The notes beneath the pieces were generated by a model. It was not told where the DNA came from. It did not search any database and worked only from the letters and a program-made list of their open reading frames with translations. Shown one piece after another: positions 1 to 10,021 of a stretch of DNA of 64,000 nucleotides. Position 1 is the stretch's first letter. Each line of letters starts with the position of its first letter. Origin of the DNA: Squalus acanthias (lineage: Eukaryota); assembly GCA_030390025.1 (NCBI GenBank), contig CM059432.1, positions 2,108,001 through 2,172,000 of the forward strand, in the 5' to 3' direction. The position numbers were made by a program, and so were the translations under genes.

Positions 1-865
1 GAGAGGTTGGAGTCCGGGGTGGTGCTGGACACAGACGTGTATCCAACGGTCACCATGGAAGGGCTGTTGCTGTGGTTACTGGGCTCGGGCTGCTGGTGGC
101 TGTCCATGTGGCTGTACAGCTCCTCCACGGACAGGAAATGCTCGGAGCAGATGTTGCAGCGGTTGCCCTTCTCCCGACTGTGCATCTGGTCAATGTGGGT
201 CAGCAGGCCGCCCTCCTCGGTAAACAGGTCGGAGCAGTAGATGCACTGAAAGGCAGCTCGGTCCTCGCTGGGCGAGCACTCCGGGTGGCACTCGGCGATG
301 TGCTTCTGCAGATCCTCGGGCAAGTCGAAGCCCTCCTCGCACTGGCTGCACTTCTGCGCGTCCCTCAGCTTCCACTCCTCCAGCCGCGACAGCGACCCGT
401 CCTTGTTCTTCTCGTGAACCTGCATGTGGCCGTGGAGCGAGCTGGAGGTCAGGAAGCCCCGCCGGCAGATGGCACACTTGTAGGGCTTGCTGGAGGTGTG
501 GGTCTTGAGGTGAATCTTCAGGTGGTCGCTGCGGGAGAAGGCGGCGTCGCACTCGCTGCAGTGGTACTTCTTGTCCCCGGTGTGGAGCTTGATGTGGCGG
601 TCGCGGCTCCGCTTGTGCTTGAAGAGGCGGCTGCAGAAGGTGCACTTGAAGGGCAGCTTGTCGCTGTGGCTCTGCTCATGGTGCTTCAGGTAGCTGAGGC
701 GGCTGAACGATTTGTCGCAGAACTGGCAGGGGTAAGGCAGCCCAGATCCTCCTTCCTCCTCGCCAAAGTCACAACCGTCCCCGTGACTGGGTGAAGCGTG
801 GTCCTTGCTGGACGGAGACGAGGGTGGCCACGAGCAGGAGGGATCATCTTCCCCATCGGGACCAT
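1..865 (-). CDS. ZNF521: Zinc finger protein 521, large internal C2H2 zinc-finger exon (partial; continues beyond position 1)
   Basis: Manual minus-strand translation (phase 1 start, not in the ORF track): (D)[137 protein letters not shown]...[17 protein letters not shown]. It is open throughout and matches vertebrate ZNF521 as I recall it, including the linker regions. Confidence 0.95.
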
Positions 866-880
866 CTGCAAAACATCAAT
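866..880 (-). promoter_or_regulatory. 3' splice acceptor of the large ZNF521 exon
   Basis: Minus strand reads ATTGATGTTTTGCAG|ATGGT, with AG at 867-866. ZNF521 similarity begins exactly here, in phase 1. Confidence 0.9.
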
Positions 881-949
881 CACTCAATGTCACTACATGC
901 TCACTTCCTCTCGCTGCCAGAGATACATCAACATCAAAAAATACAGGCC

Positions 950-1305
950 GTTAAAATTGTGAAGGGGTTTCGATAGGGTAGGCGTAGAGAAGATGTTTTC
1001 ACATACAGGGAGACCTGAACTAGGGGCCATCAATATAAGATAGTGAGTAATAAATCCAATGGGGAATTCAGGAGAAACTTCTTTACCCAGAGAGTGGTGA
1101 GAATGTGGAACTCGTCACCACAGGGAGTGGTTGAGGCCAATAGTATAGATACATTTAAGGGGAAGCTAGATAAGCACATGAGGGAGAAAGGAATAGAAGG
1201 ATATGATGATGGGGTGAGATGAAGAGGGGTGGAAGGAGGCTCGTGTGGAGCATAAACACCGGCACGGGCCTGTTGGGCCGAATGGCCTGTCTCAGTGCTG
1301 TAGGT
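950..1305 (+). mobile_element. CR1-type LINE 3' fragment
   Basis: RRNFFTQRVVRMWN-type ORF2 C-terminus plus 3' UTR, seen many times in the window. Confidence 0.85.
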
Positions 1306-1308
1306 TCT

Positions 1309-1820
1309 ACACGAGCCTCCTCCCACCCCTCTTCACCTCACCCCATCATCATATCCTTCTATTCCTTTCTCCCTCATGTGTTTATCGAGCTTCCCCTTAA
1401 ATGCATCTGTGCTATTCGCCTCAACCACTCCCTGTGGCAGCGAGTTCCACATTCTCACCACTCTCTGGGTAAAGAAGTTTCTCCCAATTCCTTATTGGAT
1501 TTATTAGTGACGATCTTATCTTTATGACCCCTAATTTTGGTCTCCTCCCACAAGTGGAAACATCTTCTCTACGCCTACCCTATCAGACCCCGTCATTATG
1601 TTAAACTCTTCTAACAGGTCACCCCTCAGCCTTCTCTTTTCTAGAGAAAAGAGCCCCAGCCTGTTCAGTCTTTCCTGATAGTTAGAACCTCTCAGTTCTG
1701 GTACCATCTTGTCAATCTTTTTTTTGTTCTTTTTTGTAATATGGAGACCAGAACTGTGCACAGTATCTGAGTGTGGTCTCACGAAGGTTCGATACAAGTT
1801 TAACATAACTTCCCTGCTAT
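1309..1820 (-). mobile_element. CR1-type LINE 3' fragment (inverted partner of 950-1305)
   Basis: ORF 1531..1806(-) contains ERLNRLGLFSLEKRRLRGDL. Confidence 0.85.
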
Positions 1821-1842
1821 GGCAGCGCCTCTATTATAAACC

Positions 1843-2300
1843 ATTGCTCAGTGGGTAGCACTCTCGCCTCTGAGTCAGAAGGTCGTGGGTTCAAGTCCCA
1901 CTCCAGAGACTTGAGCACAAAAATCTAGGCTGACACTCCAGTGCAGTGCTGAGGGAGTGCTGCACTGTCGGAGGTGCCGTCTTTCGGATGAGACGTTAAA
2001 CCGAGGCCCCGTCTGCTCTCTCAGGTGGATGTAAAAGATCCCATGGCAATATTTCAAAGAAGAGCAGGGGAGTTCTCCCCAGTGTCCTGGGGCCAATATT
2101 TATCCCTCAATCAGCATCACTAAAACAGATTATCTGGTCATTATCACATTGCTGTTTGTGGGAGCTTGCTGTGCGCAGATTGGCTGCCGTGTTTCCTACA
2201 TTACAACAGTGACTACACTTCAAAAAGTACTTCATTGGCTGCAAAGCGCTTTGGGATGTTCTGAGGTCGTGAAAGGCGCTATATAAATGCAAGTCTTTCT
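1843..2300 (+). mobile_element. tRNA-derived DeuSINE-type SINE (SacSINE1/AmnSINE1-like), near full length
   Basis: A box GCTCAGTGG, B box GGTTCAAGTCC, conserved body (GAGGTGCCGTCTTTCGGATGAG...ATTATCTGGTCATTATCAC) and L2-like tail GGCGCTATATAAATGCAAG. More than 12 copies or fragments occur in the window. Confidence 0.85.
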
Positions 2301-2630
2301 ATTGTTGCATTGGGTGAGAGCAGTTAACTCACCACAAACCGGGGATCAAGCTTCGGATCTCCCTGATCCATGAGGCTCAGCTATAGTCAAGGATAAACTC
2401 ACTGAACTGTCAGGGGAATCTCTCGCTACAGTCTTTAAATGTAAGTGAGGAGTTCTGACGTAGAGTGGGTTCGATGGACTAGTTCTAAGATGCTTTGCCT
2501 TCAAGGGATGAGAATTATGTTCGTTTTTTTTTATACCAATAACCTTTCTTTTTTTAAGATTAATATTTCTTATTTAATGTATTTACTTGTAATTTCTGTT
2601 CTTTTTCCTGTTGTTTTGGAAGATTCCTTA

Positions 2631-2909
2631 GGGGTCGATTCTAACCCTACTCACTCAGCAGAAACCTGGCGGGCGGGCGGGCGGGCAGTTAAAATCGCCC
2701 CGGGCTCTCACCTGTCCGAAAGCCGCCACGATCGCAACATCTGCGATTTTAACCGTCTCTCCTGAGCAGGCAGCGAGGACACCCGCCCGGAGCCAACAGG
2801 GGTCCTTCTTTACATGTGCGTGTTGCGGCCCGATGACATCATTGAGGCCCGACTGTGATTTTAACTCAGGCCTGAGCGGGGAATCCACCCGGAGTTAAAA
2901 TCGGGGCTC
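2631..2909. mobile_element. Short putative non-autonomous DNA transposon (MITE)
   Basis: CpG-rich ~280 bp block in AT-rich DNA, with imperfect terminal inverted repeats and repeated GATTTTAAC/GTTAAAATC sub-motifs. Confidence 0.45.
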
Positions 2910-3438
2910 TATTTCTACTTATGCCAGAAAGATTGGCTCAGCCTGTTGATGAATGGAGAATAGCTGAAATCAGCTATTACTTAGAATAAAGTCTTAATAA
3001 AAAGTCAGGAGGTAGATTCGATTGAAGGCACATAAGTGGTACTTTAAAAAAAAATTGTTTTAAATGATGAAATAAAGCAGGAGAGGATGAGGAATAGACT
3101 GTGTATATCTCACTGCACTCTCCTGCATGGATTGCCTTGCTGTGAACCTTGGATAGACCACATTCAGAGTACTGCGCACAGTTCTGGTCTCCATATTGTA
3201 AAAAGGTTACAGAGGCACTGGAGAAGGTGCAAAATAGATTTCCAAGGATGATACCAGGACTGAGAGGTTATAACTATCAGGAGAGACTGAACAGGCTGGG
3301 GCTCTTTTCTCTAGAAAAGAGAAGGTTGAGGGGTGACCTGATAGAGGTCTTTAAAATTATGAAGGGGTTCAATAGGGTAGAAGCAGAGAAGATGTTTCCA
3401 CTTGTTGGCAAGACCAAAACTAGGGGTCATAAATATAA

Positions 3439-3580
3439 AATAAAGGTTCTGACGAAAGGTCATCGACCTGAAACGTTAACTCTGTTTCTCTCTCCACAGA
3501 TGCTGCCTGACCTGCTGAGTATTTCCAGCACTTTCTATTTTTATTTCAGATTTCCAGCATCTGCAGTATTTTGCTTCTGC
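3439..3580 (+). mobile_element. Penelope-like element terminal fragment (family A) with 11-bp TSD
   Basis: Flanked by CATAAATATAA at 3428-3438 and 3581-3591 inside a CR1. The same sequence follows the GIY-YIG tail at 7440-7508. Confidence 0.8.
3445..3481 (+). ncRNA. Minimal type I hammerhead ribozyme motif (family A)
   Basis: GGUU-CUGACGA-A-AGGUC(AUC)GACCU-GAAA-CG-UU^AACU: intact core, helix II, 4-bp helix I and palindromic ACGU helix III. Confidence 0.8.
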
Positions 3581-3730
3581 CATAAATATAAGCTAATCAC
3601 TAATAAATCCAATCGGGAATTCAGGAGAAACTTCTTTACCCAGAGAGTGGTGAGAATGTGGAACTTGCTACCACAGGGAGTGGTTGAGGCGAATAGCACA
3701 GATGCATTTAAGGGGAAGCTAGATAAACAC

Positions 3731-4787
3731 GAGGTCCCTCAAGGATCTATCCTTGGCCCCCTCCTATTTCTCATCTGCATGTTGCCCCTTGGCAACATCA
3801 TCCGAAAACACAGCATCAGATTCCACATGTACGCTGACGACAGCCAGCTCTACCTCACCACCTCTTCTCTTGATCCCTCCACTGTCTCTAAATTGTCAGA
3901 CTGCTTGTCCGACATCCAGTTGTGGATGAGCAGAAATTTTCTCCAATTAGATATTGGGAAGACCGAAGCCATTGTTTTCGGTCCCTGCCACAAACTCCGT
4001 TCCCTAGCCACTGACTCCATCCCTCTCCCTAACATCTGTCTGAGGCTGAACCACACTGTTCGCAACCTTGGTGTCATATTTGACCCTGAAACGAGCTTCC
4101 GACCACATATCCGCAGCATAACAAAGACCGCCTACTTCCACCTCTGTAACATCGCCCGTCTCCGCCCTTGCCTCAGCTCATCCGCTGCTGAAACCCTCAT
4201 CCATGCCTTTGTTACCTCTAGACTTGACTATTCCAACGCACTCCTGGCTGGCCTCCCACATTCTACCCTACGTAAACTTGAGGTCATTCAAAACTCGGCT
4301 GCCCGTGTCCTAACTCGCACCAAGTCCCGTTCACCCATCACCCCTGTGCTCGCTGACCTACATTGGCTCCCGGTTAAGCAGCGCCTCGATTTCAAAATTC
4401 TCATCCTCATTTTCAAATCCCTCCATGGCCTCGCCCCTCTCTATCTCTGTAATCTCCTCCCAGCCACACAACCTCCCCGAGATATCTGCGCTCCTCTAAT
4501 TCTGCCCTCTTGAGCATCCCTGATTATATTCGCTCAACCATTGGTGGCCGTGCCTTCTGTTGCCTGGGCCCTAAGCTCTGGAATTCCCTCCCTAAACCTC
4601 TCCGCCTCTCTCTCTCTCCTTTAAGACGCTCCTTAAAACCTCTCTCTTTGACCAAGCTTTTGGTCACCTGTCCTAATATCTCCTTATGTGGCTCGGTGCC
4701 AATTTTTTATCTTATAATACTTCTGTGAAGCGCCTTGGGACGTTTTACTACATTAAAGGCGCTATATAATTACAAGTTGTTGTTGTT
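3731..4787 (+). mobile_element. L2-type LINE 3' fragment (RT C-terminus + 3' UTR)
   Basis: VPQGSILGPLLF...YADDSQLY...HAFVTSRLDYSNALL...LHWLPVKQR, with tail GGCGCTATATAA..CAAG(TTG)n. Confidence 0.9.
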
Positions 4788-5592
4788 GATATGGTGATGG
4801 GGTGAGATGAAGAGGGGTGGGAGGAAGCTCGTGTGGAGCAGAAACACCGGCACGGACCAGTTGGGCCGAATGGCCTGTTTCTGTGCTGTAAATGCTTTGT
4901 AATTCCCTTGATACCCTTACCTAACAAAAATCTATCGATCTCAGTCTTGAAAGCTCCAATTATCCCAGCCTTCTGGGGGAAGAGAGTTCCAGATTTCCAC
5001 TACCCTTTGCGTGAAAATTGCTTCTTGATTTCTCTCCTAAATGGCCTTGCTCTAATTTTAAGATGATGTCCCCATGTTCTGGAGTCCCCCACCAGAGGAA
5101 ATAGTTTCTCTGTATCTACACTATCGAATCCTTTCAACATTTTAAACACACGTGTGAAGCACCTTGGGATTGTGCGTGAAAGGTACAATATAAATTTAAG
5201 TTGCCATACTAACATTATGACCTTGGAAACGTAGATAGCTTATATTGGTGAAGAGTCATTTATTTTGAGCGATCAAATTCTCTGACTTGCTTTCACACAC
5301 ACACACAGTACCCATAGTGGTTCATATCATAGAATCATATAAGAATCATAGAACGATACAGCACAGGAGGCCATTCGGCCCATCGTGCCTGTGCCGGCTC
5401 TTTGAACGAGCTCTCCAATTAGTCCCACTCCCCCCTGCTCTTTCCCCACAGCCCTGCAAATTCTTCCCTTCAAGTATTTATCCAATTCCCCTTTTGAAAG
5501 TTACTATTGAATCTGCTTCCACCGCCCTTTCAGGCAGCGCATTCCAGATCACAACAACTCGCTGCGTAAAGAAATCTTTCCTCATGTTAGTG

Positions 5593-6800
5593 TTAGCCGT
5601 GGCTCAGTGGGTAGCCCCCTCGCCTCTGAGTCAGAAGGTTGTGGGTTCAAGTCCCACTCCAGAGACTCGAGCACAAAAATCTAGGCTGACACTCCCAGTG
5701 CAGTGCTGAGGGACTGCTGCATTGTTGGAGGTGCCGTCTTTCGAATGAGATGTTAAACCGAGGCCCCGTCTGCTCTCTCAGGTGGACATAAAAGATCCCA
5801 TGACTACTATTTCGAAGAAGAGCAGGGGAGTTATCCCCAGTGTCCTGGTCCAATATTTATCCCTCAATCAACATCACTAAAACACATTGGCCCAAAAATT
5901 AGCGTTGCTACGCGAGAGTACGCACTGTGTACTCTCGCGTATTCTGTCTCCAATTGCCGGTTTTCTGCATGCACTGCGCATGCGCTGAAAACCGGCACTT
6001 GGTGATTTCAAAAGGGGGCGGTTCCTAGGTGAACCGCGTGCGCGCTACAGGCTGCGCGCACGCAGTGCACTTAGTGCTTTGGACGCGCAGGTAAGCATGG
6101 AAGATTTTGCACATAAAGAAAGGAGGCGTAAGACCCTCTTTTAACAAGGTAAGTAGTTAATTAAGTATTATTTTGAATTTTTTTCAACAGGTATATCTTT
6201 TTTAGAGACTTTAAAGAAAGGTAAGTTTATTTTTATAACTTTTTTAAAGATTTTAAATTTTTTCAAAAATTTAATTTTTTGTTTAAAATGGTTAATTTAT
6301 TTAACTATACTTATTTTATTAATGTGATGGTTTTTAAAAAAAATTTAATTGCGGTTTAGCTGTTCTTTTGGGGGGGTATAGATTCATAGCTTTCACAGCA
6401 CTTGTGTGAAAGCTATGAATGAAAGATGGTGTGCTGCCATTGGCTCTAACTGAGTCACGTGATCCCACAGCTCGCACGAATTAACTGCGCCTGTGGGATA
6501 CGGAAGCCCTGCACAGCTGCTGTCCAGAACATCAAGTTCGTGCGAGCTGGGAATGAAAAAGCCAACGCGCAGTGAGAGATTGCGGGGAAGCCTTACCCTC
6601 GCACGAAGGCTCCCTCACTAATTTTTGGGCCATTATCTGGTCATTATCTCATTGCTGTGTGTGGGAGCTTGCTGTGCCCAAATTGGCTGCCACGTTTCCT
6701 ACATTACAACAATGACTACATTTCAAAAAGTACTTCATTGGCTGTAAAGCGCTTTGGGACATCCGATGTTCGTGAAAATCGCTATGGAAACGCAAGTCTT
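5593..6800 (+). mobile_element. DeuSINE-type SINE split by a MITE
   Basis: SINE head and body at 5593-5888; the SINE resumes at 6632 (ATTATCTGGTCATT) and runs to the tail. Confidence 0.85.
5889..6631. mobile_element. Non-autonomous PIF/Harbinger-like MITE (743 bp)
   Basis: 14-bp perfect TIR GGCCCAAAAATTAG/CTAATTTTTGGGCC and 3-bp TSD ATT (5886-5888, 6632-6634). Removing it restores the SINE. Confidence 0.8.
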
Positions 6801-7419
6801 TTTTTAATCTTTATGTCACCTCTGGTTCTTTTGCCAATGACCTTAAATCTGTGTCCTCTGGTTACCGACCCTCCTGCCACTGGAAACAGTTTCTCCCCAT
6901 CGACTCTTATCAGAACCCTTCATGATTCTGAACACCTCTATCAGATCTCCCCTTAACCTTCTCTGCTCCAAGGAGAACAACCCCAGCTTCTCTCAGTCTC
7001 TCCAGTGGAAAATAACCAAAGGAAATGATGCAGAATTTTCATCTGAGTCAAGCAGGGCTTGATCAGAAGTGGCTCCCGTTCTCTGAGTATTACAAGTTCG
7101 TTTTCTGAGTATTACAAGTTCCTTCTCCTCGCCTCTCCTAACTGAACTTCCAACATCGCCTCTCCACACTGCACCACATTACAATATCATTTCATTATAA
7201 CTTTATTTGATTACGTCTCTTGCTCTTGGCTACCTACTGTGCATTATATAATTTGTGCACTTTACTGAGGAAAGCCAAATAAGTTTTTTTGTTTAAATTC
7301 AAGGGGAAATTGTAAAGCGTAGCTTGAGCGCTGCATTGGTAGAAGTCCAGGGTCGAGGGGTCAGTTAACTGCCTGCCCATCAATCAGGGTTAATGCACGG
7401 CATAGAGGAAGTAAGAAAG

Positions 7420-7817
7420 GAACAACATGATACTGGGGTCTCATCTTTCGATTCGGCACTTTACAGCCTTCTGGACTCAACATTGAGTTCAACAATTTCA
7501 GACTATAACCCCTGCCCCCATTTTTCAGGCTGTTGATGATTCTGCCATCCCCATTTGCAACATTTAATCTTTCCTGCCTCCTACCCTAGCACAGACCGTC
7601 CCTTGAATTCCTTCCTCCCCTCCCCTCCCCCTCTCCCTGTCTCTGCACCTGCTTAAAATCTGTCGCCTCTCTAACTTCTTCCAGTTCTGATGAAGGGTCC
7701 CAGACCTGAAACGTTGACTCTGTTTCTCTCTCCACGGATGCTGCCTGGCCTGCTGAGTATTTCCAGCGTTTTCTGTTGCTATTTCAGATTTCCAGCATCC
7801 GCAGTATTTTGCTCTGA
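7420..7817 (+). mobile_element. Penelope-like retroelement 3' end (GIY-YIG endonuclease C-terminus, 3' UTR, terminal repeat)
   Basis: EQH (7420-7428), then LIFRFGTLQPSGLNIEFNNFRL* (7440-7508), resembling the C-terminal motif of PLE GIY-YIG domains; followed by a pyrimidine-rich UTR and a hammerhead. Confidence 0.8.
7683..7719 (+). ncRNA. Minimal type I hammerhead ribozyme motif (family A)
   Basis: AGUU-CUGAUGA-A-GGGUC(CCA)GACCU-GAAA-CG-UU^GACU. Substitutions relative to 3445 preserve pairing. Confidence 0.75.
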
Positions 7818-7819
7818 TA

Positions 7820-8315
7820 TTGGAGTTCTCCTTCGAGCAGAGAAGGTTAAGGGGAGATTTAATAGAGGTGTTCTTCAGTTATGTGGAGAGACTGGAGAAG
7901 CTGGGATTGTTCTCCTTCGAGCAGAGAAGGTTAAGGGGAGATTTAATAGAGGTGTTCAAAATTATGAAGGGTTTTGATAGAGTAAATAAGGAGAAACTGT
8001 TTCCAGTGGCAGGAGGGTCGGTAACCAGAGGACACAGATTTAAGGTTATTGGCAAAAGAAACGGAGGGAGAAGATGAGGGGAATTTTTTTTACGCAGCGA
8101 GTTGCTGTGATCTGGAACGCGCTGCCTGAAAGGGCGGTGGAAGCAGATTCAACAGTAACTTTCAAAAGGGAATTGGATAAATACGTGAAAAGGAAAAATT
8201 TGCAGAGTTATGAGGAAAGAGCCAGGGGAGTGGGATGAATTGGAGAGCTCTTTCATAGAGCTGGCACAGGCACGATGGGCCGAATGGCCTCCTCCTGTGC
8301 TGCATGGTTCTATGA
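7820..8315 (+). mobile_element. CR1-type LINE 3' fragment with internal duplication
   Basis: FSFEQRRLRGDLIEVF occurs twice, followed by the 3' UTR. Confidence 0.8.
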
Positions 8316-9014
8316 TATAGCTTGAACAAAATGGCCCTGGTGAAAAAAAATGCAACAGCAGAAAGGTTAACAGTTTCTCCTGATACCGTACTTACATCAC
8401 CCAGTAAATGAGGTTAACAGGAGTACTGAAGCAATCACTGATGTGCAACTACAGAGTGCGATAAGAACCTATCTGTCCCATGCAGTTCAATTAATTAAGA
8501 TGAATGGTTTTAATTGTTTCCTCATACACTGGAATTATCATCTTCAAATAATATCCTAAATTCACGCAAAATAAATCATTTAATTTAATGTTTCTTCTGG
8601 TGCACGCAGTCTCGTTTTGAAAATCCTTCAGTAATAAGTTGATGCAATGTCCCCTCACCTTCACTTCCTTGCTGTAAAACTCATTAATGTGAAATAAAAC
8701 TTAAGTGATAAGAAGTCATTTTTTTTATTGACAAGGTCAAGAGTTTGGACCTGACAATGATGCTATTTATCAAACGCCTTTCAAGTGTGTATCTAGAGAG
8801 AGAGTGTGAAAGCCGTTGCCAGCCTTTTTAATATTAAGGGTTTGGGCAAATTAACTGTTCGGGCGACGGGTTTGTAAATGCGTGGAAAAGAAGAGATTTT
8901 AGGAATTGGAATCGTCCATTGGGTTCAACTCATCTTCAAAGAACTAGGCTTCACCTTCTCACCATAACCCTTGACCCCTTCTCTCTGAAAATGTAATCGT
9001 CATTTAAACTACGT

Positions 9015-9530
9015 AACCCTACGTAAACTTGAGGTGATCCAAAACTCGGCTGCCCCGTGTCCTAACTCGCACCAAGTCCCGTTCGCCCATCACCCCCTGT
9101 GCTCGCTGACCTACATTGGCTCCCTGTTAAGCAACACCTCGATTTTAGCATTCTCATCCTTGTTTTCGAATCCCTCCATGGCCTTGCCCCCCTCCCTATC
9201 TCTGTAATCTCCTCCAGCCCCACAACCCACCGCGATATCTGCGCTCCTCTAATTCTGCCCTCTTGAGCATCCCTGATCATAATCGCTCAACCATTGGTGG
9301 CCGTGCCTTCAGCTGCCAAGGCCCTAAGCTCTGGAACTCCCTCCCTAAACCTCTCCACCTCTCTTTCCTCCTTTAAGACGCTCCTTAAAATCTACCTCTT
9401 TGACCAAGCCCTGCCCTAATTTCTCCTTATGGGGCTCGGTGTCAAATTTTGTCTGATAATCGCTCCTGTGAAGCGCCTTGGGACGTTTTACTACTTAAAG
9501 GCGCTATATAAATACAAGTTGTTGTTGTTG
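9015..9530 (+). mobile_element. L2-type LINE 3' fragment
   Basis: Near-identical to 4265-4787 and ends in (TTG)n. Confidence 0.85.
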
Positions 9531-9605
9531 GTGTAAACTGTCCATTGCAATGGCTTACCCTGTTAACAGGTTCCATACTTTATTACACTTTATCTAAAAA
9601 CATGC

Positions 9606-9957
9606 AATAACAACTTGCATTTATACAGCGTCTTTAACATAGTTAAATGTCCCAAGGCGCTTCACCGGAGCGATTATCAGGCAAAATTTGACACTGAGCC
9701 ACATAAGGAGATATTAGGACAGGTGACCAAAAGCTTGGTCAAAGAGGTAGGTTTTAAGGAGTGTCTTAAAGGAGGAGAGGCGGAGCGGTTTAGGGAGGGA
9801 ATTCCAGAGCTTAGGGCCCAGGCAGCTGAAGGCACGGCCGCCAATGTGAAGCGATGGAAATCGGGGATGCTCAAGAGGCCAGAATTGGAGGAGCGCAGAG
9901 ATCGCGGGGGGGTTGTGGGGCTGGAGGAGATTACAGAGATAGGGAAGGGGAGGCGAT
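9606..9957 (-). mobile_element. L2-type LINE 3' fragment
   Basis: Reverse complement of the L2 3' UTR; tail-to-tail with 9015-9530. Confidence 0.8.
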
Positions 9958-10021
9958 AAATATCTCCATCAATGAAGCTGACCAGTGAACTCACGAACAG
10001 CAGTCGTCAGGGTGTTACAGC

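Larger units (their letters stand above)
3149..3730 (+). mobile_element. CR1-type LINE 3' fragment, interrupted by a Penelope-like insert and an L2 (resumes ~4788-4880)
   Basis: EYCAQFWSP...LEKVQNRF...LFSLEKRRLRGDL...RRNFFTQRVV. Confidence 0.85.

Noticed and set aside
72..794. 240-aa ORF on + overlapping the exon (also 190..645 on - and 7..240 on +)
   Set aside because: Shadow frames of a GC3-rich coding exon. The real frame is the zinc-finger frame entered by splicing.
1..865. Assignment to the paralogue ZNF423
   Set aside because: The linkers ([45 protein letters not shown]) match ZNF521 as I recall it. A reciprocal BLAST would confirm.
1843..1910. tRNA genes at SINE heads
   Set aside because: The A/B boxes run directly into the SINE body in many copies; there is no complete cloverleaf followed by a terminator.
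3149..4513. 454-aa RT-like ORF as a domesticated or fusion gene
   Set aside because: Accidental in-frame chimera of CR1, the PLE insert, CR1 and L2 fragments. It has no ATG start and lacks the N-terminal RT motifs.
7078..7121. 22-bp tandem duplication
   Set aside because: A simple two-copy slippage event with nothing suggesting function.
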